This document shows, in pieces, positions 53,113-64,000 of a stretch of DNA of 64,000 nucleotides. A model generated the notes under the pieces. It was not told the origin of the DNA and did not search any database. It was given only the letters and a program-made list of their open reading frames with translations. Positions within the stretch are counted from its first letter, which is position 1, and each line of letters starts with the position of its first letter. Source of the stretch: Euprymna scolopes (lineage: Eukaryota); NCBI GenBank assembly GCA_053919585.1, contig CM132792.1. One strand, given 5' to 3'. The position numbers and the translations under genes are program-made.

Positions 53113-53215
53113 ATTTCCGAATTCAACAAAAAATTAAAGTTGAATTGTGTCAGAATGAACTTTGGGAATCTTTCTATCGTCTTGGAACAGAAATGATCGT
53201 AACAAAATCTGGAAG
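53113..53215 (+). CDS. Tbx15/18/22: T-box transcription factor exon 2 (start of T-box domain)
   Basis: Acceptor ttttccAG|at; encodes FRIQQKIKVELCQNELWESFYRLGTEMIVTKSG(R). Donor AG|GTTAGT is phase 2 at the usual T-box GR/RMFP intron position. Confidence 0.92.
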
Positions 53216-53679
53216 GTTAGTAAATCGTTTTAAATGTTTTTCTTTGATTGTTTTTGTTTTGTTCGCTGTTGCAAATCTTAGAAGTAAGAAGAAACGCGCT
53301 GTGAAATCTAACGGCTTTAAGCAAATTTATTTTAAGCCCAATTCTGTCCGGTGCATTTTTTTCATTGTAAATGTTCTGGAACTCGCGGCAGTTATTCCTC
53401 AGAATCTTGCTTTCAGGTACCTACAATACCGTCTAGCAGTCAAACTTTAGAAAGCGTGCGTTGGGCAGACAGATAAACTCAAATTAACATAACGAAAACA
53501 ACTATTACGTTGAAAACGCTTTATTAATTAGGTAAAAAAATCTGAAACAAAAACAAAACAAATAGTTAAAAGGAGAAAACATAATTAAACAAAAGGAAAT
53601 AATACATGAAAATAATTATGTTTTGGACAGGCTTCCAAATTAACAGATTCTGGGATATCTTATCTTTTTCAATCAACTG

Positions 53680-53975
53680 TTAGGTGAAAGTCCGTAACAG
53701 TTAGAAAAGTGTCTTTTCTCTATTAAATTGTTAGGGGAAAGTCTGGAGCGGCTAAAAAATGTCCTTTCCTTTTTTTTATTATTATTAAATCGTTAGACGA
53801 AAGTATGGAGTGGTTGGGAAATGTCTTTGTTTTTTTATTATTATCATTATTAAATCGTTAGGTGAAAGTATGGAGTGGTTAGAAAATGTCTTTTCTTTTT
53901 TCTTTTTTATTAAATCGTTAGGTGAAAGTATGGAGCGGTTAGAAAATGTCTTTTTCTTTTTATTAAATCGTTGTT
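53680..53975. repeat. ~55-65-bp degenerate tandem repeat x5
   Basis: attaaatcgttaggtgaaagtatggag(t/c)ggttagaaaatgtc units. Confidence 0.85.
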
Positions 53976-54147
53976 AAAGGTTGTTATTCTAGTGCGGCGC
54001 ATAAACTACCCAAGCGCCCATGAAATAAAAATAATAGAAGTCTGAGAAAAGATATAAGTTCTGTGCGAACGAAGAAGGAAATAATAAATTAGAATTTCTA
54101 CAAATTAAATATAGAAGTCACACACTAGATTAAATAAACAGAAACAG

Positions 54148-56992
54148 GATACTCTAACTTAACTTCTAAATCTGACCTCCAAGATCGCCATGGGCATGGA
54201 ATATGTGCCTATATTAAAGATAGCTTTCCATGTGGTTGGGACATCTCCAGGGAAGATCCTAACTTACCCTATATGTGCTTCCGGGTTGCTTTAGCTCACA
54301 CTACTGCATTTATATTTACTCTCTATCGCCCCCACAACAGCGGAGTTACTATCTTTAAAAGCATATCTGAGAAAATTGACCAAGTCCTATCTGCTTATCC
54401 TTCAGCTAACATTCACGTATGTGGAGACTTCAATGTTCACAACGTCGAATGGTTGACCCACTCAAACAAGACCGATGATGAGGGGAGGTTCTGTCATGAT
54501 TTCTCCATTGCCTATGACCTCACTTAATTTGTTCAGGAACCCACCCGTGTGCCCGACAATGACGGCCAGTATGCGAGTCTACTAGACCTTTTTCTCACAA
54601 CTTGCCCTGAACTATGTTCAGTTTCTGTTCTGTCGCCTCTTGGATCTTCCGACCACTCTGTTGTATCAATTAAGATAAAAATGAAATGTAATAAGTCCCC
54701 AGACGTACCTCTCCATCGCACAGTATATCGATACACTAAGGCTGACTGGGATAGCTTCCATACATTTATATCTGATCTACCTCTGCATTCCATGTTTAAA
54801 AAGGATGTGTCCTCTATAGTATTAGACCTGACGGAATGGTTAATTGTAGGTATTGACCGTTTCATACCCTCGAAAAAGTTTCAGCAAAAACCTAACAGCC
54901 AGCCATGGTTCTCTCCAGAATGTGCTGCTTCCATTGCGCACAGAAATCGCTTTTTCCACTGCTTCAAACGTAATAGATGTATGGAAACTAAAGCCGCTTT
55001 CAGGACTGCCAGCAACCATTGTAAGAAAGTAATAAAGAACGCAAGAGAGTTGTATGCTCAATCTGTTAAGTCCAAAGTAGCTGAGCAGCGGCTTGGTTCC
55101 CACCAGTTTTGGCAAATAGCAAACAGAATCCTGAACAGAAGCGTGTGCTCCATCCCAACTATTATCAATGGACCTGAGGTAATCTCGTCAGCATCAGACA
55201 AAGCCAAACTCTTTGTCAAGAACTTTGCAGCTAATTCTACCCTTTGCGAGGAAGGCTGCCAACCCCCAATATTTCCTCCTGTATCAGAAAACACGCTATG
55301 TGATATACGTATATCTGTACGTGATGTTGCCAAGCTAATCAAAAACCTTGATTCCAGTAAAGCAACTGGCCCTGACGGTATTCCAATTATAGTACTCAAA
55401 AAACTTCAACATGAACTAGCGCCCATACTTACAAAACTGTTTAAACGTTGTCTTAAGGAGAATAGTTTCCCATCTCCCTGGAAAATTTCATCAGTATGCC
55501 CTGTATTTAAGAATTCAGGTGATCGCTCATCCCCCTCTCAGTACAGGCCAATAAGTCTCCTGTGCGTCATGAGTAAGTTGCTAGAATCTGTGTTAAATAC
55601 AGAAGTAATCAACCATCTCAACAAAAATAACCTTCTTAGTGACACTCAATATGGTTTCCGTTCTGCTAGATCTACAGCAGATGTGCTTACAGTTATATCG
55701 CATAGGATTAGCAAATCTCTCGATGGTGGCAATCTTTCTAGGGCAATTGCTCTTGACATATCTAAAGCCTTTGATAGGGTATGGCATAAAGGTTTACTTC
55801 ATTAGATCGCTAGCTATGGTATAGCTGGAAAAGTCTTCTCAATTATTAAATCATTTCTTTCTGATAGGTTCATAAGAGTAGTAGTTGAGGGGCAAAAATC
55901 AGAAGCTCACAGTATTAATGCCGGTGTCCCTCAGGGGTCCATCCTGGGCCCAACTCTTTTCCTGATCTACATTAATGATCTTCCAAATCACATCCTTACA
56001 TCATTTGTAGACATTTATGCTGACGACACTACCATTTATGGTAGCACATCTAAGACAGTAAACGACCAAGTTCTCTCCAATTCTCTCTCCTCTGATCTTG
56101 AGCATGTAGTACAATGGGGAAAGGAGTGGCTGGTTACTTTTAATGCATCTAAAACCAAGCTTCTCTCTTTACATCATCAACATTCTGATCCACATCTGGC
56201 ATCAATTGAAATGAATGGCTCTCGTCTTCAGGAGGCCTCAAGTTTTGACAAGCTTCTGGGCTTGACCATTACTCCTAATCTTAAATCGAACACGTACATC
56301 AAATCTGTTGCCAAGGCCGCTGGAAAAATGGTGGGATCTTTCTATCGATCCGGTAAATATCTCACTACTGATGCTATTCTCTATCTATATAAGAGCCAGG
56401 TACGTCCAAGGATGGAATAATGTTGCCACATCTGGGCAGGAGCTGCTAGAAAGGACTTGTCCTGTCTTGATAGAGTTAAAAATAGACTTTGTAGCCTCGT
56501 AGGAGATGTCCTTTTCTCCTCCTTGCAACCTCTATCTCACAGAAGAGATGTTGCGAGTTTGTCTCTGATGTATCGTTATTTTCATGGAAAGTGTTCGACT
56601 GAGCTTTAATCTATGGTCCCCCCTCGCCAAACTTTCACAAGAAACACTCGTCTAGCTGTAAACACTATCAATAATTCCCCCCACTCTTTATCTGTGCCTA
56701 AACCTAAACGTAGATTCCATGAACAAAGCTTCTTTCTTAGAACTGCACGCCTGTGGAATTGTCTTCCGTTTTCCTGCTTTCCGGCTGACTACAATATGGT
56801 TGTGTTCAAGTCTAACGTAAATAAGTTCTTGATGAGCCGTTCCATATAAGTTATCAAATTTAACAAATTTTCATTACTAATGATTACTATATTGTCCAAT
56901 TTCTACTGTACACTCTTTAACCCTTATCCTTGAGTGGCCTCTTAGCCTTGATAATGTGGTGATGCCTATGTAAAAAAAAAAAAAAAAAAAAA
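54148..56992 (+). mobile_element. CR1-like LINE (partial APE + RT), 5'-truncated, in T-box intron 2
   Basis: LYRP, GDFN, SDH endonuclease motifs; KATGPDGIP, YRPISLL, QYGFR, DISKAFD, PQGSILGP, YADD; poly-A tail; possible AAACAG TSD. Single frame with a few stops. Confidence 0.95.
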
Positions 56993-57999
56993 CAGTGTTT
57001 CGAGTTCTTCATAGAAGGAATAGCCAGGTAAAGGAATAATAGGATGTTCTAAACGTACCTCATGGCTTAAACGGGGAAAGCCCAGTTCATGGAGTCGAGT
57101 AAAGTCCGTTCGTATTGATTCAAATTCCGCGGTTAAAAGGGAGGAAGGACAGAATCGTAAAACGACACTGGGGCGAGATCGCGTGGGAACACGGAGTTCT
57201 CGAAGGATAGCGATATGACATTCTTTTCCTTTTCTTTTTTTTTATTTGGAATGCCTAAACGGCTAAGTTTTCCATTAAAGAAAGATCAGAAAGGGAAGAA
57301 ATAAGAAAGAAAACTATATATGAAAAAACTCGCACAGAGATGAATGAGAACGAGGCACGAGGCACCGGTGCTCTTAAAGCGTGTGTCCCTTGTTAAAAAA
57401 GAGCCCGGTCTGGAGACAGAACAGTAAATAACCTCAATGTAACAGGAGTCACTGTGGTGCAGTGCAGATGTAATGTCACCTTCCTTGTCTGACGTTACGA
57501 AATAAAATAAAAGAAGTAAACGTCACGACAAAAAGAGACATGTGTAAAACATAAAATATTATCTGGAATAAATATGACTCATAACTAGAGTCGTAACCAG
57601 GATACGGGAGGTAGTTGAGTTGACGACAATGTACCAGAAAAGAAGTTTTGAAAGAAACTTTAATTATAAACGTAGAAAAAATAATGATGGTAGCCGTGAA
57701 AATGTTTTATAGAATGACAGTGTTATGAATTTCACTGCCAAAGTTTGGGTTGCAATATCTCCATCTGTTTTCAAAAAATAGTGTGTTCTTTGTGCTAATA
57801 TTANNNNNNNNNNNNNNNNNNNNNNNNNNNNNNNNNNNNNNNNNNNNNNNNNNNNNNNNNNNNNNNNNNNNNNNNNNNNNNNNNNNNNNNNNNNNNNNNN
57901 NNNNNNNNNNNNNNNNNNNNNNNNNNNNNNNNNNNNTTACAATAATCTGGCTGTTGGTTGGGAGAACAAAAAACAAGGAGCGGGTCGTTCATCATTTAA

Positions 58000-58472
58000 C
58001 GAAGGGATTTCTCCACTGCCTTCAAGCCGATATACTGCTTTGCTACTTACTACTGTAACAACTGCTTGGCCGAAACATTCATACCAGTAGGTAATGTCTC
58101 TCCACAATTTCGTTTTCAGGGATTATTCGGTAGTTTGTCTAGTTTCGTCTTGAACACTGACAAGTCTCCATGTTTCTAGTTCCAAAGAAGCCTCTTATTC
58201 CTTTTCGCTTTCTCTCTTAAAAGATGGACAATAATTAAGATTGGAAGATAGCCATAGTTGTACTTGTCAAGTAGGGATTATTGCACAAAAGTCATATCTG
58301 GTAACAAGAAGAAACGATGTTGGTGGGCCAACTTGCCGTAATTGAGGAGGCCTCAGTCATTTGCTGTACTCTTTGATCAGGCCTTAGGGTTGTGAACATT
58401 CAAGTTTTTTAAATATACACTTTTCTCTCATTAGATTCTCTACTTTTCAAGCCGATATACTGCTTTGCTACT

Positions 58473-58538
<66 letters not shown>

Positions 58539-58616
58539 CGGTTGTTACAGCAGTAAGTAGCAAAGCAGTATATCGGCTTGAAAAGTAGATAATCTAATGA
58601 GAGAAAGGTGTATATT
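58000..58616. repeat. Direct and inverted repeat cluster around (TA)n
   Basis: ttcaagccgatatactgctttgctacttacta at 58021 and 58446 (direct), inverted at ~58545-58616. Confidence 0.8.
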
Positions 58617-58751
58617 NNNNNNNNNNNNNNNNNNNNNNNNNNNNNNNNNNNNNNNNNNNNNNNNNNNNNNNNNNNNNNNNNNNNNNNNNNNNNNNNNNNN
58701 NNNNNNNNNNNNNNNNNNNNNNNNNNNNNNNNNNNNNNNNNNNNNNNNNNN

Positions 58752-59196
58752 GTTGACTGGGTTCAAAAACAGTCTACAGAAAATGGACTCTGATTTATGA
58801 AAGTATGATATGTTATGAAAAGGAAGGGTTGTAAATTTGGGTTGAATTTGGGGGTATCAAAACCAAAGCGAAATATGCTGAAAGTAAAAATAGAATAGAT
58901 AAACCCCATAATTTATTATACCATACCTGTTCACACTGAAACACTTATCACAATATTCTGTGGATTTATATTAAAAAAACCTTGTTAAACTTTGTGACAT
59001 ATTTCCATTCTATGGAGGTCAGGTGTGAACGAACACCCCATAATTTTATTATACCATATTTCTTCAAACTGAAACATAATTATTAAAGTATACTTACGCA
59101 GATAGATATGAAAAGTCTTTATTAAGGTTTGTGCCTATTTCCATTCTATGGAGGCCAGACGCGAACGCAGACCCCACAATTTTATTATACCATCCC
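58752..59196 (+). mobile_element. Truncated copy of the Helitron-like element at 61422
   Basis: High identity to 61440-61885. Confidence 0.7.
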
Positions 59197-59888
59197 TAGG
59201 TTTGTATCTAGGGGCGTTTTTAATCTACTGGGAGAAATGCACCCTCAATCTTTGTTAAGACATGCATCTAGAAGGGAAACTTTGATGCAAAACCTGAGGT
59301 CTACTGTCTTCTCTGTCTTGTGGCAGCCATTGCCCCAACTGAGATTAGCAGTTTTATCAAAAAGTGTGGTTGGTTCTGCACAAAGCCTTCAGTCAAAAGT
59401 CATTTTGCAAACGCTGTGTGATAAAGCAATAGAGAAACAATGCATGCCAGGCAGTGTGATCTTTTAGTTCCAATTAAATAACTTGAATGTTCGTCTAATT
59501 AAAATATCCAAACGACTTCTTGAATCATATATGATTACTGCGGCTGTGACAACAACATATTCTTTTCATTGTTTTGATTCTTGAGTATATATCCGTTAAT
59601 AACTTATATGTTATTATATAGACTGATGTGGTTCTCGGTTGATTGACTGTGTCTTACTGAGTCGGATATATACTTGAGAGTCAAAAGAATGAAAAGAATA
59701 TTCTGTTCTCACAGCCCTAATGATTACGTATGTGCTTATCAGTTTTTCATCAGAGGATTGGATCAAATTTTCGATTCATAATGGTCATAAAGTCAACTAT
59801 ATGGAGTTAAAGAGTAAAAGGTAAAAGTGGTATATATACACATAAAAATGATGGCACTTGTTCGAATTTGATTCATGTTTCATTGCAG

Positions 59889-60005
59889 GCGAATGTTCCC
59901 GGTGTTGCGTATAAAAGTGGATGGACTTGATCCCAACAGATTTTATAAGGTATCAGTTACATTGCGACCCGTCGATAAACTCAAATACAGATACATTTAT
60001 CACAG
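59889..60005 (+). CDS. Tbx15/18/22: T-box transcription factor exon 3; gene continues beyond the window
   Basis: Acceptor ttgcAG|g; encodes (R)RMFPVLRIKVDGLDPNRFYKVSVTLRPVDKLKYRYIYH; donor AG|GTAAG. In phase with exon 2 and missed by the ORF track. YRYIYH resembles Tbx15/18/22 YRYVYH. Confidence 0.92.
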
Positions 60006-61346
60006 GTAAGAATGGATTTATGTTAACCGTTTCTAAAACTGCATAAAACTTTGGTGATTTCGTGATAAGAATAATTAAAACCAATTGCAAATGAAGGTTG
60101 ATATTTGAATATTTTTGTCTTGGATACAAAAATTGAAAATCTTATAAAGCTATTCTTGACACGAGAACGTTGCCAAGTTCTGAAGATTTTTACGTAACTG
60201 TAATCGGGTCAGGAGTTTTACTTTTAGTTTTATTTTACTTATTGCCCCTATCTCGCCTTTCCTTGCAAGAAAATATTTATATTTTTGAAAATATAATTCA
60301 GTGAATAAATTTTTATTATTTGAAGAAGAAAATATTTACATGTTTTATAAGATAATTCAATTAATTAATTTTCGTTGTTTATAAAATAATTTTTGGAAAG
60401 GTAATGACTTAGATGATTTTTTTATTAATTGAAAAAGAAAATGTTTACATATTTGGAAAGACAATTAAATGAATGAATTATCAAAAATTATGTTTACAGT
60501 TTTAGAAAGATAATTCAATGAATGAATTTGTATTATTTTCAAATAATATTCACCTTTTTCTGAAGATAATTTAATGAGTGAATTTTTAGTGATTAAAAAA
60601 TATTTGGATTTTTGTGAAGGTATATCTATGAACAAATTATTATTTATAAAAGAGAATATTTTTGTCATTTGAAAATAATAAATTTACATTTTTGGAATAA
60701 TAATTCAATTAATGAAATTTTATTTCCAAAATTCTTTTTGGAAATAAAATTTCATTAATTGAATTATTATTCTAAAAATGTAAATTTATTATTATCATAG
60801 TTAAATATTTCTATATTTAACTTTTTGGAAAGATAAGTCAGTAACAATGAAATTGCTTATTTAAAAATGAAAAAAATAAATCCTTTCAAAAGAGCATTTA
60901 ATTAACGAATTTCTTAGTTATAAAAAGAAAATATTTCGATAAATAAAATATTGTTATTTAAACAAGAAAATATTTATATTTANNNNNNNNNNNNNNNNNN
61001 NNNNNNNNNNNNNNNNNNNNNNNNNNNNNNNNNNNNNNNNNNNNNNNNNNNNNNNNNNNNNNNNNNNNNNNNNNNNNNNNNNNNNNNNNNNNNNNNNNNN
61101 NNNNNNNNNNNNNNNNNNNNNNNNNNNNNNNNNNNTATATGGCGATTAAGCTACACTGAATATTCCGCGTTTCACCCACTCTAGGATTCTTTTATCTATT
61201 ATCTATCTTTTATCTATTATATCTATTATATTTTATAACTTACTAACTAGCTCTACCTACGTATTCAGCACTGTTGAAGTACATACTTAAAGCTTACGCA
61301 TAAATTTATACTTTCGTATATTAATTTATGTGATTAAATGAAGTAG

Positions 61347-61421
<75 letters not shown>

Positions 61422-61422
<1 letters not shown>

Positions 61423-62181
61423 TAGCAAAAGTACCCGCCGTTGACTGGTGTCAAAAACAGTCTACAGAAAATGGACTGATTTATGAAAGTATGATAGGTT
61501 ATGAAAAGGAAGGGTTGTAAAGAGATAGCTTCGAATTTGGGGGTATCAAAACCAAAGCGAAATATGATGAAAACAAAATGTATAAATAAATAAACCCCAT
61601 AATTTATTATACCATACCTGTTCACACTGAAACACTTATCACAATATTCTGTGGATCTATATTAAAAACCTTGTTAAACTTTGTGACATATTTCCATTCT
61701 ATGGAGGTCAAGCACGAACGAACACCCTATACTTTTATTATACCATATTTCTTCAAACTGAAACATAATTATCAAAGTATACTTACGCAGATAGATATGA
61801 AAAGTCATTATTAAAGTTTGTGCCTATTTCCATTCTATGGAGGTCAGGCGCGAATGCAGACCCTACAATTTTATTATACCATCCCTATTTAAGTTAAAAC
61901 ATACTTATCAAAGTATTATTATGTACATCTATATCAAAAACACTTGTAAACGTTTTTTTTTTTTTTTAATTTTAAAATTTTTTATTTCCATTCTTTGTGG
62001 ACCAGGCGCGTACGTAGACCCCACCATTTTAATGAATCATTAATCAGATCAAACATACCCATTCCTATGTCTCGATACATCTTCTATCATTATATGTGAT
62101 CAGTTTTCTATAATAGTCAACCATATAGGAGCCTATTCGTGACCAGACACACACACAGACGTTCAGATGTATATTATAGAT
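61422..62181 (+). mobile_element. Helitron/Helentron-like non-autonomous element in (TA)n
   Basis: Starts CTAGCAAAAGTACCCG; ~120-bp subrepeats; ATAGG-AG-CCTAT hairpin; acacacagac...tattatagat end; TA flanks; no TSD. Confidence 0.55.
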
Positions 62182-62769
62182 ATATATATATAAGTAAATT
62201 TTTTAAGGCTAATTTTATGAGTTAATTTTTGTTATTTAAAAAAATATTTACATTTTTGGGAAAATAATTTAATGAATTTCTTTTATTTAAAAAGAAAACA
62301 TTTACAGTTTTGGAAAGATAATTGAATGAAGTTGTTATATATTTTTTTATTTTTATTATAATTCAATTTAATTTAATTTTTTCATATTTGGAAAATAATT
62401 CAATGAATATATTTTTGTTATTTCTAAACAAATATTTACATTCTTTAAATTGAAATAATAATTCTTTTAATTAAAATAATAAATTCCGTTTCTTAAATAT
62501 TTAATTAATCAAAATAATAAATTAATTAGCTTAATTAATTAATTAAAATAATAAATTATTTTAATTAATTAAAATAATAAATTCTGTTTCTTAAATATTT
62601 ACATTTCTAGAAAGATAATTCAACGAAATTTTGTTGTTAAAAAATTTATGTTTACATTTTTAAAGAATATTCAATGAACGAAATGAATGAAAGTATTTAC
62701 ATTTTTTTCAATAAATTTTGTTATGTTCATGAGGATTTTGAATTTTAATTATTAATATTATTCAAACTT

Positions 62770-63090
62770 GAATTTTATTCTCACGACGTTTCGAACGATG
62801 TAGTTTTCGACCTTCTTCAGATATATTTCCTCAAACTCGAGAATTTTTCTATCAAAGTTGGCAATCTGTACGTAATTGTGAATGGATCACTTTATTTAAT
62901 GCACAGGAATAGCAAGCTCTAGTTCCGTCAGACATAACCATATTCTCTGTATCATCCGCACTGAGGACTGAATTTCTTATCTCCCGATGTTACTTGAAAC
63001 TGGATTTACCTAGTACTTTATCCGTTACGCCACTGATCTTTGTGAGCACTTCTCATATGAATTTTGTATTCTTGGTTTTAGATTGCAGAT
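62770..63090 (-). mobile_element. Decayed Penelope-like 3' remnant with degenerate hammerhead
   Basis: Minus strand CNLKPRIQ remnant, then CTGAAGAAG...CGAAACGTC...AATAAA. Confidence 0.4.
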
Positions 63091-64000
63091 ATAAATTTTG
63101 ACATTAAAAACATTTTTTCAATATATTATTAGTACTATTATTATTTGAAAAAGGAAATGTTTGCATTTTTAAAACGATAATTTAATTGATGAGTTTTTGT
63201 TATTAAACAATATTTACATTTTTATAAAGATAATTCAATGAATTCGTTTTTGTTACTTAAAAATGAACATATTTACCATTTTAATATAATCCAACGAATG
63301 GAGCTTTGTTATTTCAAAACAATGAATATCTGCATTGTTAAATGAAATTTAATGAATATAATTTGGTTGTTTTAAACAAGAATGATTTTTGAAGAATAAT
63401 TTGATGATTATTTGATAATTGTATATCAAAAAGAAAATATTTACATATTTTAAAAATAATTTAATGAATTAATTTTGGATATTTAAAAAATAAAATATTC
63501 ATATTTTTGAAAGATCATTCAATCAACATTTTTTAATATTAAAAAAATGGTAGAAAACTGATTCATACCTTTCAAAAGTGTTAATATTTTCATATTTACA
63601 TTTTTGACAGATATATGCTAGTTTTTGCTATTTAATTTAATTTAAAAAACAAATTATTTACCCAATATTGTAGTGTATATATTTTTGTTATTCCAAAAAT
63701 AAACTATTTAAATTTTAAAAAATAATTCAATGTTTGTTATTTCACACAGAAAATATTTATATTTCTTGAAAGAAAGTTAAATGAATAATATTTTTCATTT
63801 AAAAAAATAAAATATTTACGTTTTTTAAGATTAGCCAATAAATTATTTTTTGTGTTTTAAAACTATTTAAATTTTATTATTTTATTCCAATTCCATTATT
63901 CTAAAAATTACAACTATTGGAAGATAATTCAACTATTGAATTTTTATTATTTCTGATGGAAAATATTTGCATTGTTAGAAAGAACATTCTATGAAATCAT

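Larger units (their letters stand above)
60270..64000. repeat. Degenerate AT-rich ~50-60-bp tandem repeat in T-box intron 3
   Basis: Recurring aaatatttacattttt(g)gaaagataattcaat(g)aat units, interrupted by insertions. Confidence 0.75.

Noticed and set aside
60006-64000. Fourth T-box exon (expected W.VAG motif)
   Set aside because: No matching sequence found; probably beyond the window or in a gap.

Overview
AT-rich, repeat-dense animal (probably invertebrate) genomic DNA with seven ~130-150-N scaffold gaps; nothing in it is prokaryotic. One host gene is readable: a T-box transcription factor on the + strand, closest to Tbx15/18/22 (Tbx20 not excluded). Its three phase-compatible coding exons (17834-18005, 53113-53215, 59889-60005) are split by ~35 kb and ~6.7 kb introns, and the gene runs off the right edge. 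The rest is mostly transposable elements. These include a Ty3/Gypsy element nested inside another (5-bp TSD), other decayed Gypsy copies (one with a ~30-bp satellite expanded from its gag zinc knuckle), CR1, RTE and L1/Tx1 LINEs, and a near-intact Penelope-like element (RT + GIY-YIG) with inverted pseudo-LTRs. There are also further Penelope fragments, a two-copy 9-bp-TSD TIR element family, fold-back MITEs, Helitron/Helentron-like repeats, a 5S rRNA-derived sequence, satellites and microsatellites. The most notable signals are minimal hammerhead ribozyme motifs, two of them in sense orientation within the T-box pre-mRNA, tandem repeats born inside retroelement ORFs, and many intronic inverted repeats. 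Most short ORFs in the track are spurious.
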